From a phage, in the sequence record PZ502562.2: a DNA stretch of 38,725 nucleotides; one strand, written 5' to 3'. The position numbers were made by a program, and so were the translations under genes. Below the pieces are notes generated by a model that saw nothing but the letters and a program-made list of their open reading frames with translations, was not told where the DNA came from and did not search any database. Below, piece by piece: positions 1 through 7,664 of this stretch (positions are counted from its first letter, which is position 1; each line of letters begins with the position of its first letter).

Positions 1-149
1 CTCACAGTGTAAGCGCCAAAAGTTCCCCCATAGGGGTCCCCAAAGTCACTCCAAAGGAGTGCCGGACCTTGAGGTGGCCTTGAGGTGGGGCCTGAGGTGG
101 ACCGAGGAGGGTCCTAAGGTTACCGTGGGGAGTGTCTCTTCTTGTCCCT
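1..149. repeat. T7-type direct terminal repeat, single copy in this window
   Basis: The start ctcacagtgt...cccccatagggg and the end gtgtctcttcttgtccct parallel the T7 terminal repeat ends. The window end gagtgactat abuts the window start as in the T7 junction GAGTGACTATCTCACAGTGT. The second copy is not in the window, so the length is inferred. Confidence 0.6.
67..111. repeat. Tandem ~11-bp repeats inside the terminal repeat
   Basis: Read directly: ccttgaggtgg (67-77), ccttgaggtgg (78-88), ggcctgaggtgg (89-100) and a degenerate accgaggaggg (101-111). Confidence 0.8.
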
Positions 150-159
150 ATCTGTTCAT

Positions 160-275
160 CCTCCTAAAGTCCCTCCTAAAGTCATTCCTACCGTCTACAG
201 CCTAAAGACTACACCTAAAGACCCACCGAGTCAATCCCTATCTTAAAGACCATCCTAAAGACCATCCTAAAGCTG
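160..275. repeat. Array of CCTAAAG-type heptamers next to the left end
   Basis: cctaaag or cttaaag occurs at least 7 times, including the tandem gaccatcctaaa x2 at about 247-270. T7 has the same motif arrays flanking the concatemer junction. Confidence 0.8.
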
Positions 276-333
276 CCTTGTTGTTACCTATAAAGAGATC
301 ACCTTTAATCATTGTCTTCAATCACCATTATTC

Positions 334-356
334 TAATTCGACTCACTATAAGGGGA
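334..356 (+). promoter_or_regulatory. phiOL-like T7 RNAP promoter (variant)
   Basis: taattcgactcactataagggga compared with the consensus taatacgactcactatagggaga. The core -12 to -1 is intact, with changes at -13 and around +1. Confidence 0.6.
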
Positions 357-408
357 TAAGTCCACTTAAAGAGGACCAGAGATTAATCAAAATAATTTAA
401 AAAGAGTA

Positions 409-437
409 TTGACTTAAAGAGTCCTAGGGGTTACTAT
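409..437 (+). promoter_or_regulatory. E. coli sigma70 early promoter A1
   Basis: ttgact, a 17-nt spacer, then tactat, preceded by an A-rich aaaaagagta UP-like tract. Same position and context as T7 A1. Confidence 0.8.
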
Positions 438-535
438 TCATCTCGTCAACGGGACAACGGCCTAAAGCCACTCCCTGAGATACCGGGGTCAACCGGATAA
501 GTAGACAGCCTGATAAGTCATACGAAAAACAGGCA

Positions 536-565
536 TTGACAACACGAAGTAACATGTAGTAAGAT
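536..565 (+). promoter_or_regulatory. E. coli sigma70 early promoter A2
   Basis: ttgaca, an 18-nt spacer, then taagat. Matches the T7 A2 context. Confidence 0.8.
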
Positions 566-642
566 GCACAGCGTCAACACGGTAGCACGGTGTCTTCTAG
601 GTGACTTAAGCGCACCACGGCACACAAAGTGAAACAAAACGG

Positions 643-671
643 TTGACAACATGAAATAAACACGGTACGAT
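643..671 (+). promoter_or_regulatory. E. coli sigma70 early promoter A3
   Basis: ttgaca, a 17-nt spacer, then tacgat. Matches the T7 A3 context. Confidence 0.8.
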
Positions 672-790
672 GTACCACATGAAACGACAGTGAGGCGCAA
701 CACTGAAACGCGCTAGGGTCTAACGAAACCTGACCGACATGCTCTTTAACAATCTGGTAAACGGCTCTTGAGTGTACACACGTAGCGGAT

Positions 791-830
791 AACTCAAGGG
801 TATCGCAAGGTGCCCTTTATGATATTCACT
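791..830 (+). promoter_or_regulatory. RNase III processing site R0.3
   Basis: aactcaagggtatcgcaaggtgccctttatgatattcac is the conserved T7 RNase III hairpin motif (actcaagg...cctttatgat). Confidence 0.75.
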
Positions 831-857
831 ACTAACCACACTATGAGGTAACACACA

Positions 858-1213
858 ATGGCTATGTCTAACATGACTTATAACAACGTTTTCGATCACG
901 CTTACGAAATGCTGAAAGAAAACATCCGTTATGATGACATCCGTGACGCTGATGACCTGCACGATGCAGTGCATATGGCGGCTGATGCTGCTGTTCCGCA
1001 CTATTACAGCGACGTTTTCAGTGTAATGGCAAGCGAGGGCATTGACCTTGAGTTTGAGGATTCTGGCCTGATGCCGGACACCAATGACGTAATCCGTATC
1101 TGCAAGCGCGTATCTATGAGCAATTAACGATTGACCTTTGGGAAGACGCTGAGGACTTGCTGAACGAGTATCTTGAGGAAGTCGAGGAGTCAGAAGAGGA
1201 GGAAGAAGAGTAA
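858..1213 (+). pseudogene. ocr: Gene 0.3 (Ocr, DNA-mimic anti-restriction protein) disrupted by a 1-nt deletion near 1101
   Basis: Aa 1-81 (858-1100) closely match T7 Ocr. The annotated frame then reads CKRVSMSN and stops at 1127. The +1 frame from 1101 reads [36 protein letters not shown] and stops at 1211-1213, which is the Ocr C-terminus. Confidence 0.85.
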
Positions 1214-1347
1214 TGGCTAACAACACCACGCAATACGGTCTGACCGCTCAAACTGTGCTGTTCTATAGCGATATGGTGCGCTGTGGCTTTGATTGGTCGC
1301 TCGCAATGGAACATCTTAAAGAACTGTACGAAACAACAAGGCAATAG
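1213..1347 (+). CDS. 0.4: Gene 0.4 (FtsZ inhibitor homolog), 44 aa, apparently truncated by a 1-nt deletion
   Basis: MANNTTQYGLTAQTVLFYSDMVRCGFDWSLAMEHLKELYE matches T7 gp0.4 (51 aa). After gaa at 1330-1332 the A-run is one base shorter. The shifted frame reads NNKAIALESTQ and stops at 1365-1367. Confidence 0.75.
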   Translation: MANNTTQYGLTAQTVLFYSDMVRCGFDWSLAMEHLKELYETTRQ

Positions 1348-1368
1348 CCTTGGAGTCCACCCAGTGAT

Positions 1369-1410
1369 AAACTCAAGGTCGCTCCTAGCGAGTGGCCTTT
1401 ATGATTATCA
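1369..1410 (+). promoter_or_regulatory. RNase III site R0.5
   Basis: aaactcaaggtcgctcctagcgagtggcctttatgattatca matches the T7 RNase III motif. Confidence 0.8.
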
Positions 1411-1427
1411 CTTTACTTACGGGAGTA

Positions 1428-1559
1428 ATGTATATGCTTACTATCGGTCTACTCACCGCTCTGGGGCTAGCTGTAGGTGCATCCTTTGGGAAGTCTTTGG
1501 GTGTAGCTGTAGGCTCTTACTTGGTCGCTTGTATCATCACGGGAGCACTGCGCAAATGA
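1428..1559 (+). CDS. 0.5: Gene 0.5, small membrane protein (43 aa)
   Basis: MYMLTIGLLTALGLAVGASFGKSLGVAVGSYLVACIITGALRK is hydrophobic and matches T7 gp0.5. A ggag Shine-Dalgarno sequence lies upstream. Confidence 0.8.
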   Translation: MYMLTIGLLTALGLAVGASFGKSLGVAVGSYLVACIITGALRK

Positions 1560-1693
1560 TGAAGCACTACGTTATGCCTATCCACACCAAGAACGGTGCT
1601 ACAGTTTGCACACCTGATGGCTTCGCAATGAAACAACGAATCGAACGCCTTAAGCGCGAACTTCGCACCAATCGCAAGCTCAACAACATCTAA
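1556..1693 (+). CDS. 0.6: Gene 0.6 (45 aa)
   Basis: MMKHYVMPIHTKNGATVCTPDGFAMKQRIERLKRELR matches the start of T7 gp0.6A. It is the last part of the tracked ORF 1283..1693. Confidence 0.8.
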   Translation: MMKHYVMPIHTKNGATVCTPDGFAMKQRIERLKRELRTNRKLNNI

Positions 1694-1719
1694 ATCTAAT
1701 TTCATATTGACACTGGAGA

Positions 1720-2808
1720 ATGCACAAAGTGAACGCTATCGACATCATGAACGCTATCGACGCAATCAAAGCACTGCCAATCTGTGAACTTGATAAGCGC
1801 CAAAATATGTTCATTGATTTGCTGGTCGAGATGGTCAACAGCGAAACGTGTGACGGTGAAATCACCAAGCTGGACAAGCCGCTTGAATACCAAGACTGGT
1901 GGACTACCTTAAGGTGCCTGACCACTGACGCTGGCTTCACGATGCTTGGTAACGGGCACTTCTCCGCTGCCTATAGTCACCCACTGCTGCCTAACAGAGT
2001 GATTAAGGTGGGCTTTAAGAAAGAGGACTCAGGCGCTGCGTATACCGCATTCTGCCGCATGTATCAGGGTCGCGCTGGTATCCCTAACATCTACGACGTT
2101 CAGCGTCATGATGGATGCTATACGGTGGTTCTCGACGCTCTGAATGAATGTGAGCGAGAGGATAACTATGAGCACGACAAATACGCTGAGATTGCAAGAG
2201 ACATCATTGACTACGATTCTGATATGCACGATTGGCGTGGCGGATGGGTTGGGGAGTTCGTCGAAACTTGTAAGCTAATCCGCAAGTTTTTTGAGGGCAT
2301 CGCTTCGTTCGATATGCACAGTGGGAACATCATGTTCGACGATAATGACGTACCGTACATTACCGACCCGGTGTCATTCTCACAGAAGAAAGACGGTGGC
2401 GCTTTCAGCATTGACCCTGAGGAACTCATCAAGGAAGTCGAGGAAGTCGCACGACAGAAAGAAATTGACCGCGCTAAGGAACGTAAAGCACGACATGTAG
2501 CACGCTTAGAGGTGCGCAGAATGAAACGCCGTAACCGTAAGGAACGTAAGGCACACCGCGCTAAGCGTGAAAGGATGCTTGCTGCGTGGCGCATGGCTGA
2601 GCGTCAAGAACGTCGTAACCATGAGGTAGCTGTAGATGTACTAGGAAGAACCAATAACGCTATGCTCTGGGCGCACATGTTCGCTATGGACTTTAAGGCG
2701 CTTGAGGAACGAATCGCAGCGCACTGGTTCCAAGCTGACCGGATGGCTATCGCTAATGGTCTTCCGCTTAACATCGACAAGCAACTTGACGCAATGCTAA
2801 TGGGATGA
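1720..2808 (+). CDS. 0.7: Gene 0.7, Ser/Thr protein kinase and host transcription shut-off protein
   Basis: 362 aa and near-collinear with T7 gp0.7 (..[46 protein letters not shown]..). The start is uncertain: the ATG at 1720 has its Shine-Dalgarno sequence only 1 nt upstream, and the alternative ATG is at 1747. Confidence 0.93.
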   Translation: MHKVNAIDIMNAIDAIKALPICELDKRQNMFIDLLVEMVNSETCDGEITKLDKPLEYQDWWTTLRCLTTDAGFTMLGNGHFSAAYSHPLLPNRVIKVGFKKEDSGAAYTAFCRMYQGRAGIPNIYDVQRHDGCYTVVLDALNECEREDNYEHDKYAEIARDIIDYDSDMHDWRGGWVGEFVETCKLIRKFFEGIASFDMHSGNIMFDDNDVPYITDPVSFSQKKDGGAFSIDPEELIKEVEEVARQKEIDRAKERKARHVARLEVRRMKRRNRKERKAHRAKRERMLAAWRMAERQERRNHEVAVDVLGRTNNAMLWAHMFAMDFKALEERIAAHWFQADRMAIANGLPLNIDKQLDAMLMG

Positions 2809-2860
2809 TAGTCTTATCTTACAGGTCATCTGCGGGTGGCCTGAAATAGATACGATTTCT
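2808..2860 (+). promoter_or_regulatory. RNase III site R1
   Basis: gatagtcttatcttacaggtcatctgcgggtggcctgaaatag matches the T7 R1 region between genes 0.7 and 1. Confidence 0.6.
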
Positions 2861-2878
2861 GACCGAAAGAGGTACAAA

Positions 2879-5530
2879 ATGAGCATGATTAACATCGCTA
2901 AGAACGATTTCTCTGACATCGAACTAGCTACTATCCCGTTCAACACTCTGGCCGATCACTACGGTGAGCGTCTAGCTCGCGAGCAGTTGGCCCTTGAGCA
3001 TGAGTCTTATGAAATGGGAGAAGCACGTTTCCGCAAGATGTTTGAGCGTCAACTTAAGGCCGGTGAGGTTGCAGACAATGCAGCTGCTAAACCTCTGATC
3101 ACTACTCTACTGCCCAAGATGGTTGCACGCATCAACGACTGGTTTGAGGAAGTGAAAGCTAAGCGTGGCAAACGTCCAACCGCTTTCCAGTTCCTGCAAG
3201 AAATCAAGCCGGAATCTGTAGCGTATATCACCATTAAGACTACCCTTGCTTGCCTAACGAGCGTGGACAATACAACCGTTCAGGCTGTAGCAAGCGCCAT
3301 CGGACGGGCTATCGAGGAAGAAGCTCGCTTCGGTCGAATCCGTGACCTAGAAGCTAAGCACTTCAAGAAAAACGTTGAGGAACAGCTAAACAAGCGCGTA
3401 GGGCATGTCTACAAGAAAGCATTCATGCAAGTAGTCGAGGCCGATATGCTCTCTAAGGGTCTACTCGGTGGCGAGGCGTGGTCTTCATGGCACAAGGAAG
3501 ACTCCATTCACGTAGGTGTGCGCTGCATTGAGATGCTCATCGAGTCCACCGGAATGGTTAGCTTGCACCGCCAAAATGCTGGCGTAGTGGGCCAAGACTC
3601 TGAGACTATCGAACTCGCACCGGAATACGCTGAGGCTATCGCAACACGGGCTGGGGCACTGGCTGGTATCTCTCCGATGTATCAGCCTTGCATAGTACCT
3701 CCTAAACCTTGGACTGGTGTAACTGGTGGTGGATACTGGGCTAATGGTCGCCGTCCGCTGGTACTGGTGCGCACCCACAGCAAGAAGGCACTGATGCGCT
3801 ACGAAGATGTTTACATGCCTGAGGTATACAAGGCGATCAACATTGCGCAAAACACCGCTTGGAAAATCAACAAGAAAGTTCTGGCGGTCGCCAACGTGAT
3901 AACCAAGTGGAAGCACTGCCCTGTAGAAGACATTCCTTCGATTGAGCGTGAAGAACTCCCGATGAAACCGGAAGACATCGACACGAATCCAGAGGCGCTG
4001 ACCGCTTGGAAACGTGCAGCTGCCGCTGTGTACCGTAAGGACAAGGCCCGTAAGTCTCGCCGTATTAGTCTGGAGTTCATGCTTGAGCAAGCCAATAAGT
4101 TTGCTAACCGTAAGGCCATCTGGTTCCCTTACAACATGGACTGGCGTGGTCGTGTATACGCTGTGTCAATGTTTAACCCGCAAGGTAACGACATGACAAA
4201 GGGTCTGCTGACACTGGCTAAAGGTAAACCAATCGGCAAGGAAGGATTTTACTGGCTGAAAATTCACGGTGCGAACTGCGCGGGAGTTGATAAGGTTCCA
4301 TTCCCTGAGCGCATCAAGTTCATTGAGGATAACCATGAGAACATCCTAGCGTGCGCTAAGTCCCCACTGGAGAACACTTGGTGGGCTGAGCAGGACTCAC
4401 CATTCTGCTTCCTCGCGTTCTGCTTTGAGTACGCTTGGGTACAGCACCACGGCCTGCGTTACAACTGCTCGCTGCCATTGGCGTTCGATGGGTCTTGCTC
4501 CGGTATCCAGCACTTCTCCGCGATGCTCCGCGATGAGGTGGGTGGTCGTGCTGTTAACCTGCTACCTAGCGAAACCGTTCAGGACATCTACGGGATTGTT
4601 GCCAAGAAAGTCAACGAGATTCTGCAAGCTGATGCAATCAACGGGACCGATAACGAAGTAGTTACCGTGACCGATGAGAACACTGGGGAAATCTCTGAGA
4701 AAATCAAGCTGGGTACTAAAGCACTAGCTGGTCAATGGCTTGCTTACGGTGTAACTCGTAGCGTCACTAAACGTTCAGTCATGACGCTGGCCTATGGCTC
4801 CAAAGAGTTCGGCTTCCGCCAGCAAGTCCTTGAGGACACCATACAGCCAGCTATCGATTCAGGCAAAGGTCTGATGTTCACCCAACCTAATCAGGCTGCT
4901 GGATATATGGCTAAGCTGATTTGGGAGTCAGTGAGCGTTACCGTAGTGGCTGCTGTAGAGGCTATGAACTGGCTTAAGTCTGCTGCGAAGCTGCTGGCTG
5001 CTGAGGTCAAAGACAAGAAGACTGGTGAGATTCTCCGTAAACGCTGTGCGGTGTATTGGGTAACTCCTGATGGCTTCCCTGTGTGGCAAGAATACAAGAA
5101 GCCAATTCAGACTCGCTTGAACTTGATGTTCCTCGGTCAGTTCCGCTTACAGCCGACTATCAACACCAACAAGGACAGCGAGATTGATGCCCATAAGCAG
5201 GAATCTGGTATATCCCCTAACTTTGTACACAGCCAAGACGGTAGCCACCTACGTAAGACTGTAGTGTGGGCATATGAGAAGTACGGAATCGAATCTTTTG
5301 CACTGATTCATGACTCCTTCGGGACCATTCCGGCTGACGCTGCCAACCTATTCAAGGCTGTTCGTGAGACTATGGTTGACACCTACGAGTCCTGCGATGT
5401 ACTTGCAGACTTCTACAACCAGTTCGCTGATCAGTTACATGAGTCACAATTGGATAAAATGCCAGCACTTCCGGCTAAAGGTAACTTGAATTTACGAGAC
5501 ATCTTAGAGTCAGACTTCGCGTTTGCGTAA
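2879..5530 (+). CDS. 1: Gene 1, single-subunit T7-type RNA polymerase (883 aa)
   Basis: Nearly identical over its full length to T7 RNAP (..INIAKNDFSDIELA..RDILESDFAFA). This agrees with the T7-consensus promoters found throughout the genome. Confidence 0.99.
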   Translation: MSMINIAKNDFSDIELATIPFNTLADHYGERLAREQLALEHESYEMGEARFRKMFERQLKAGEVADNAAAKPLITTLLPKMVARINDWFEEVKAKRGKRPTAFQFLQEIKPESVAYITIKTTLACLTSVDNTTVQAVASAIGRAIEEEARFGRIRDLEAKHFKKNVEEQLNKRVGHVYKKAFMQVVEADMLSKGLLGGEAWSSWHKEDSIHVGVRCIEMLIESTGMVSLHRQNAGVVGQDSETIELAPEYAEAIATRAGALAGISPMYQPCIVPPKPWTGVTGGGYWANGRRPLVLVRTHSKKALMRYEDVYMPEVYKAINIAQNTAWKINKKVLAVANVITKWKHCPVEDIPSIEREELPMKPEDIDTNPEALTAWKRAAAAVYRKDKARKSRRISLEFMLEQANKFANRKAIWFPYNMDWRGRVYAVSMFNPQGNDMTKGLLTLAKGKPIGKEGFYWLKIHGANCAGVDKVPFPERIKFIEDNHENILACAKSPLENTWWAEQDSPFCFLAFCFEYAWVQHHGLRYNCSLPLAFDGSCSGIQHFSAMLRDEVGGRAVNLLPSETVQDIYGIVAKKVNEILQADAINGTDNEVVTVTDENTGEISEKIKLGTKALAGQWLAYGVTRSVTKRSVMTLAYGSKEFGFRQQVLEDTIQPAIDSGKGLMFTQPNQAAGYMAKLIWESVSVTVVAAVEAMNWLKSAAKLLAAEVKDKKTGEILRKRCAVYWVTPDGFPVWQEYKKPIQTRLNLMFLGQFRLQPTINTNKDSEIDAHKQESGISPNFVHSQDGSHLRKTVVWAYEKYGIESFALIHDSFGTIPADAANLFKAVRETMVDTYESCDVLADFYNQFADQLHESQLDKMPALPAKGNLNLRDILESDFAFA

Positions 5531-5538
5531 CGTCAAAT

Positions 5539-5561
5539 TAATACGACTCACTATAGAGGGA
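5539..5561 (+). promoter_or_regulatory. T7 promoter phi1.1A
   Basis: taatacgactcactatagaggga. Confidence 0.9.
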
Positions 5562-5562
5562 C

Positions 5563-5603
5563 AAACTCAAGGTCACTTAAACGAGTGGCCTTTATGATTG
5601 ACC
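5563..5603 (+). promoter_or_regulatory. RNase III site R1.1
   Basis: aaactcaaggtcacttaaacgagtggcctttatgattgacc. Confidence 0.8.
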
Positions 5604-5613
5604 TTCTTCTGGT

Positions 5614-5636
5614 TAATACGACTCACTATAGGGAAG
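5614..5636 (+). promoter_or_regulatory. T7 promoter phi1.1B
   Basis: taatacgactcactatagggaag. Confidence 0.9.
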
Positions 5637-5714
5637 ACCTTAAGGTTTAACTTTAAGACCATTAAGTGTTAATTAAAGATTTAAATTAAAGACTACTAAT
5701 AGAGGACTTTAAGT
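5637..5714 (+). promoter_or_regulatory. AT-rich region of the primary replication origin
   Basis: The AT-rich tract ttaaggtttaactttaagaccattaagtgttaattaaagatttaaattaaagac lies just downstream of the paired phi1.1A/B promoters, as at the T7 primary origin. Confidence 0.7.
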
Positions 5715-5843
5715 ATGCGTAACTTCGAAAAGATGATCAAACGTTCTAAACATAACGCTCATGACTTCGAGGCAACCAAGGGTCGCAAGTTGAATAAGAC
5801 TAAGCGCGACAGTTCGCATAAGCGTAGCTGGGAGGGTCAGTAA
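5715..5843 (+). CDS. 1.1: Gene 1.1, small basic protein (42 aa)
   Basis: MRNFEKMIKRSKHNAHDFEATKGRKLNKTKRDSSHKRSWEGQ matches T7 gp1.1. The ORF is too short to appear in the ORF track. Confidence 0.85.
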   Translation: MRNFEKMIKRSKHNAHDFEATKGRKLNKTKRDSSHKRSWEGQ

Positions 5844-5844
5844 G

Positions 5845-6117
5845 ATGGGACGTTTATACAGTGGCAACTTAATAGCATACAAAGACGCTATCGAGAGACT
5901 TAAAGAAGACTATGATGCAAATGTGGTCGTTGAAACTTATCGCTATGAGGACTTCGAACAGCGACGGATGGTTGCCGGTGAGACACTTCGAGTGATATTG
6001 CGGGATGGCTTAATGCTGACCGCTAAGTGTTTCGAGCAGTCAGATGAAGACGTTCGCTGTAATGCACAGACCGAATGGCTCCGTAAGGTACACAGTGACC
6101 TACAGCACTGGAAGTAA
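5845..6117 (+). CDS. 1.2: Gene 1.2, dGTPase (Dgt) inhibitor homolog, divergent allele (90 aa)
   Basis: The position, the N-terminus MGRLYSGNL, the internal DEDV and the C-terminal W-K ending match T7 gp1.2. The central ~60 aa differ strongly. Confidence 0.8.
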   Translation: MGRLYSGNLIAYKDAIERLKEDYDANVVVETYRYEDFEQRRMVAGETLRVILRDGLMLTAKCFEQSDEDVRCNAQTEWLRKVHSDLQHWK

Positions 6118-6137
6118 TACGACTCACTAAAGGGACA
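6115..6137 (+). promoter_or_regulatory. T7 promoter phi1.3
   Basis: taatacgactcactaaagggaca. Confidence 0.9.
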
Positions 6138-6139
6138 AT

Positions 6140-6172
6140 GCTTAAGGTCGCTCATTGAGTGGCCTTAGTCAT
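6140..6172 (+). promoter_or_regulatory. RNase III site R1.3
   Basis: gcttaaggtcgctcattgagtggccttagtcat. Confidence 0.7.
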
Positions 6173-6195
6173 TTAACCGATAGGAGATAAACATT

Positions 6196-7218
6196 ATGAT
6201 GAACATTAAGACCAACCCATTTAAAGCCGTGTCTTTCGTAGAGTCTTCCATTAAGAAAGCTCTGGATAACGCTGGGTATCTTATCGCTGACATCAAGTAC
6301 GATGGTGTACGTGGGAACATCTGCGTAGACAATACCGCTAACAGTTGCTGGCTCTCTCGTGTATCTAAAACGATTCCGGCACTGGAGCACCTAAACGGAT
6401 TCGATGCACGCTGGAAGCGTCTTCTGAATGATGACCGTTGCTTCTACAAAGATGGCTTTATGCTGGATGGGGAACTAATGGTCAAGGGAGTAGACTTCAA
6501 CACTGGGTCTGGCCTACTGCGCACCAAATGGACCGACACTAAGAACCAAGAGTTCCACGAAGAGTTATTCGTTGAGCCAGTACGTAAGAAAGACAAGGTT
6601 CCCTTTAAGTTACACACTGGACATCTGTGCGTCAAACTGTATGCAATCCTCCCGCTTCACGTTGTAGAGTCTGGAGAAGACTGTGACATCATGACGCTAC
6701 TCATGCAGGAACACGTTAAGAACATGCTGCCTCTGCTACAGGAATACTTCCCTGAAATCGAATGGCAAGCGGCTGAATCTTACGAGGTCTACGACATGGT
6801 AGAACTACAGCAACTGTATGAGAAGAAGCGTGAAGAAGGTCATGAGGGTCTCATTGTAAAAGACCCAATGGGAATCTATAAGCGAGGCAAGAAGTCCGGC
6901 TGGTTCAAAATGAAGCCAGAGAACGAGGCTGACGGCATTATCCAAGGTCTGGTATGGGGTACAGAGGGTCTGGCTAACGAAGGCAAAGTGATTGGCTTTG
7001 AGGTGCTTCTTGAGAGTGGTCGTGTAGTAAACGCCACAAACATCTCTCGCGCCTTAATGGACGAGTTCACCAATACCGTAAACATTGAAGGCCGTGACTT
7101 CTACAATGGACACGCTTGCCAGATTAGCTACATGGAGGAAACACCAGACGGCTCTCTGCGTCACCCATCGTTCGTAATGTTCCGTGGCACAGAGGACAAC
7201 CCTCAAGAGAAAATTTAA
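6196..7218 (+). CDS. 1.3: Gene 1.3, ATP-dependent DNA ligase (340 aa)
   Basis: Collinear with T7 ligase and carries the adenylation motif IKYDG (Lys34). It is ~19 aa shorter than T7 because of an in-frame difference near aa 291-306. Confidence 0.97.
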   Translation: MMNIKTNPFKAVSFVESSIKKALDNAGYLIADIKYDGVRGNICVDNTANSCWLSRVSKTIPALEHLNGFDARWKRLLNDDRCFYKDGFMLDGELMVKGVDFNTGSGLLRTKWTDTKNQEFHEELFVEPVRKKDKVPFKLHTGHLCVKLYAILPLHVVESGEDCDIMTLLMQEHVKNMLPLLQEYFPEIEWQAAESYEVYDMVELQQLYEKKREEGHEGLIVKDPMGIYKRGKKSGWFKMKPENEADGIIQGLVWGTEGLANEGKVIGFEVLLESGRVVNATNISRALMDEFTNTVNIEGRDFYNGHACQISYMEETPDGSLRHPSFVMFRGTEDNPQEKI

Positions 7219-7221
7219 GCA

Positions 7222-7256
7222 CACTGGCTCACCTTAGGGTGGGCCTTTCTGCGTTT
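7222..7256 (+). terminator. Early terminator TE (host RNAP)
   Basis: A GC-rich hairpin ggctcaccttagggtgggcc is followed by tttctgcgttt. Same sequence context as T7 TE after the ligase gene. Confidence 0.85.
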
Positions 7257-7278
7257 AATACGACTCACTATAGGAGAT
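7256..7278 (+). promoter_or_regulatory. T7 promoter phi1.5
   Basis: taatacgactcactataggagat. Confidence 0.9.
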
Positions 7279-7285
7279 ACACACA

Positions 7286-7378
7286 ATGATGTACCTACTT
7301 CCATTACTCATTATTATCATTGGATGTCTTGCGCTTCATTTTAAGGATGACAACGACATGCCAGATGGTCACGCTTAA
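7286..7378 (+). CDS. 1.5: Gene 1.5, small hydrophobic protein (30 aa)
   Basis: MMYLLPLLIIIIGCLALHFKDDNDMPDGHA resembles T7 gp1.5. The ORF is very short. Confidence 0.55.
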   Translation: MMYLLPLLIIIIGCLALHFKDDNDMPDGHA

Positions 7379-7398
7379 TACGACTCACTAAAGGAGAC
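7376..7398 (+). promoter_or_regulatory. T7 promoter phi1.6
   Basis: taatacgactcactaaaggagac. Confidence 0.9.
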
Positions 7399-7403
7399 AC
7401 TAT

Positions 7404-7664
7404 ATGTTTCGACTTCATTTCAACAAAAGCATTAAGAATTTCACAGTTCGCCGTGCTGACCGTTCAATCGTATGTGCGAGCGAGCGCCGAGCTAAGTTAC
7501 CTCCTATTGGTGACACAGTCCCCTTGGCACCGAGCGTCCACATCATTATCACTCGTGGTGACTTCGAGAAAGCAATAGACAAGAAACGTCCGGTTCTTAG
7601 CGTGGCAGTGACCCGCTTCCCGTTCGTCCGTCTGTTACTCAAACGAATCAAGGAGGTGTTCTGA
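7404..7664 (+). CDS. 1.6: Gene 1.6 (86 aa), function unknown
   Basis: [31 protein letters not shown]...[10 protein letters not shown] is nearly identical to T7 gp1.6. Confidence 0.92.
   Translation: MFRLHFNKSIKNFTVRRADRSIVCASERRAKLPPIGDTVPLAPSVHIIITRGDFEKAIDKKRPVLSVAVTRFPFVRLLLKRIKEVF

Noticed and set aside
720-1229. 169-aa minus-strand ORF antisense to ocr. The same pattern applies to the other long minus-strand ORFs (3485-4090, 8576-9109, 12334-12729, 13826-14455, 17774-18295, 20068-20568, 21331-21996).
   Set aside because: Each lies entirely antisense to a well-supported, T7-conserved plus-strand gene. They lack an RBS or promoter and have low-complexity or odd composition. T7-like genomes are transcribed only left to right, so these are most likely frame artefacts.
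1283-1693. 136-aa plus-strand ORF spanning the end of gene 0.4, RNase III site R0.5, gene 0.5 and gene 0.6.
   Set aside because: It crosses a conserved RNase III site, and only its last 45 codons (from the ATG at 1556) match a known protein (gp0.6). Gene 0.5 in another frame matches T7 gp0.5.
1730-1761. 13-bp direct repeat gaacgctatcgac x2 at the start of gene 0.7 (protein [10 protein letters not shown]), together with an unusually short Shine-Dalgarno-to-ATG spacing at 1720.
   Set aside because: It is probably a small slippage duplication or start-site variation. It does not disrupt the kinase frame, and I cannot say more without an alignment.
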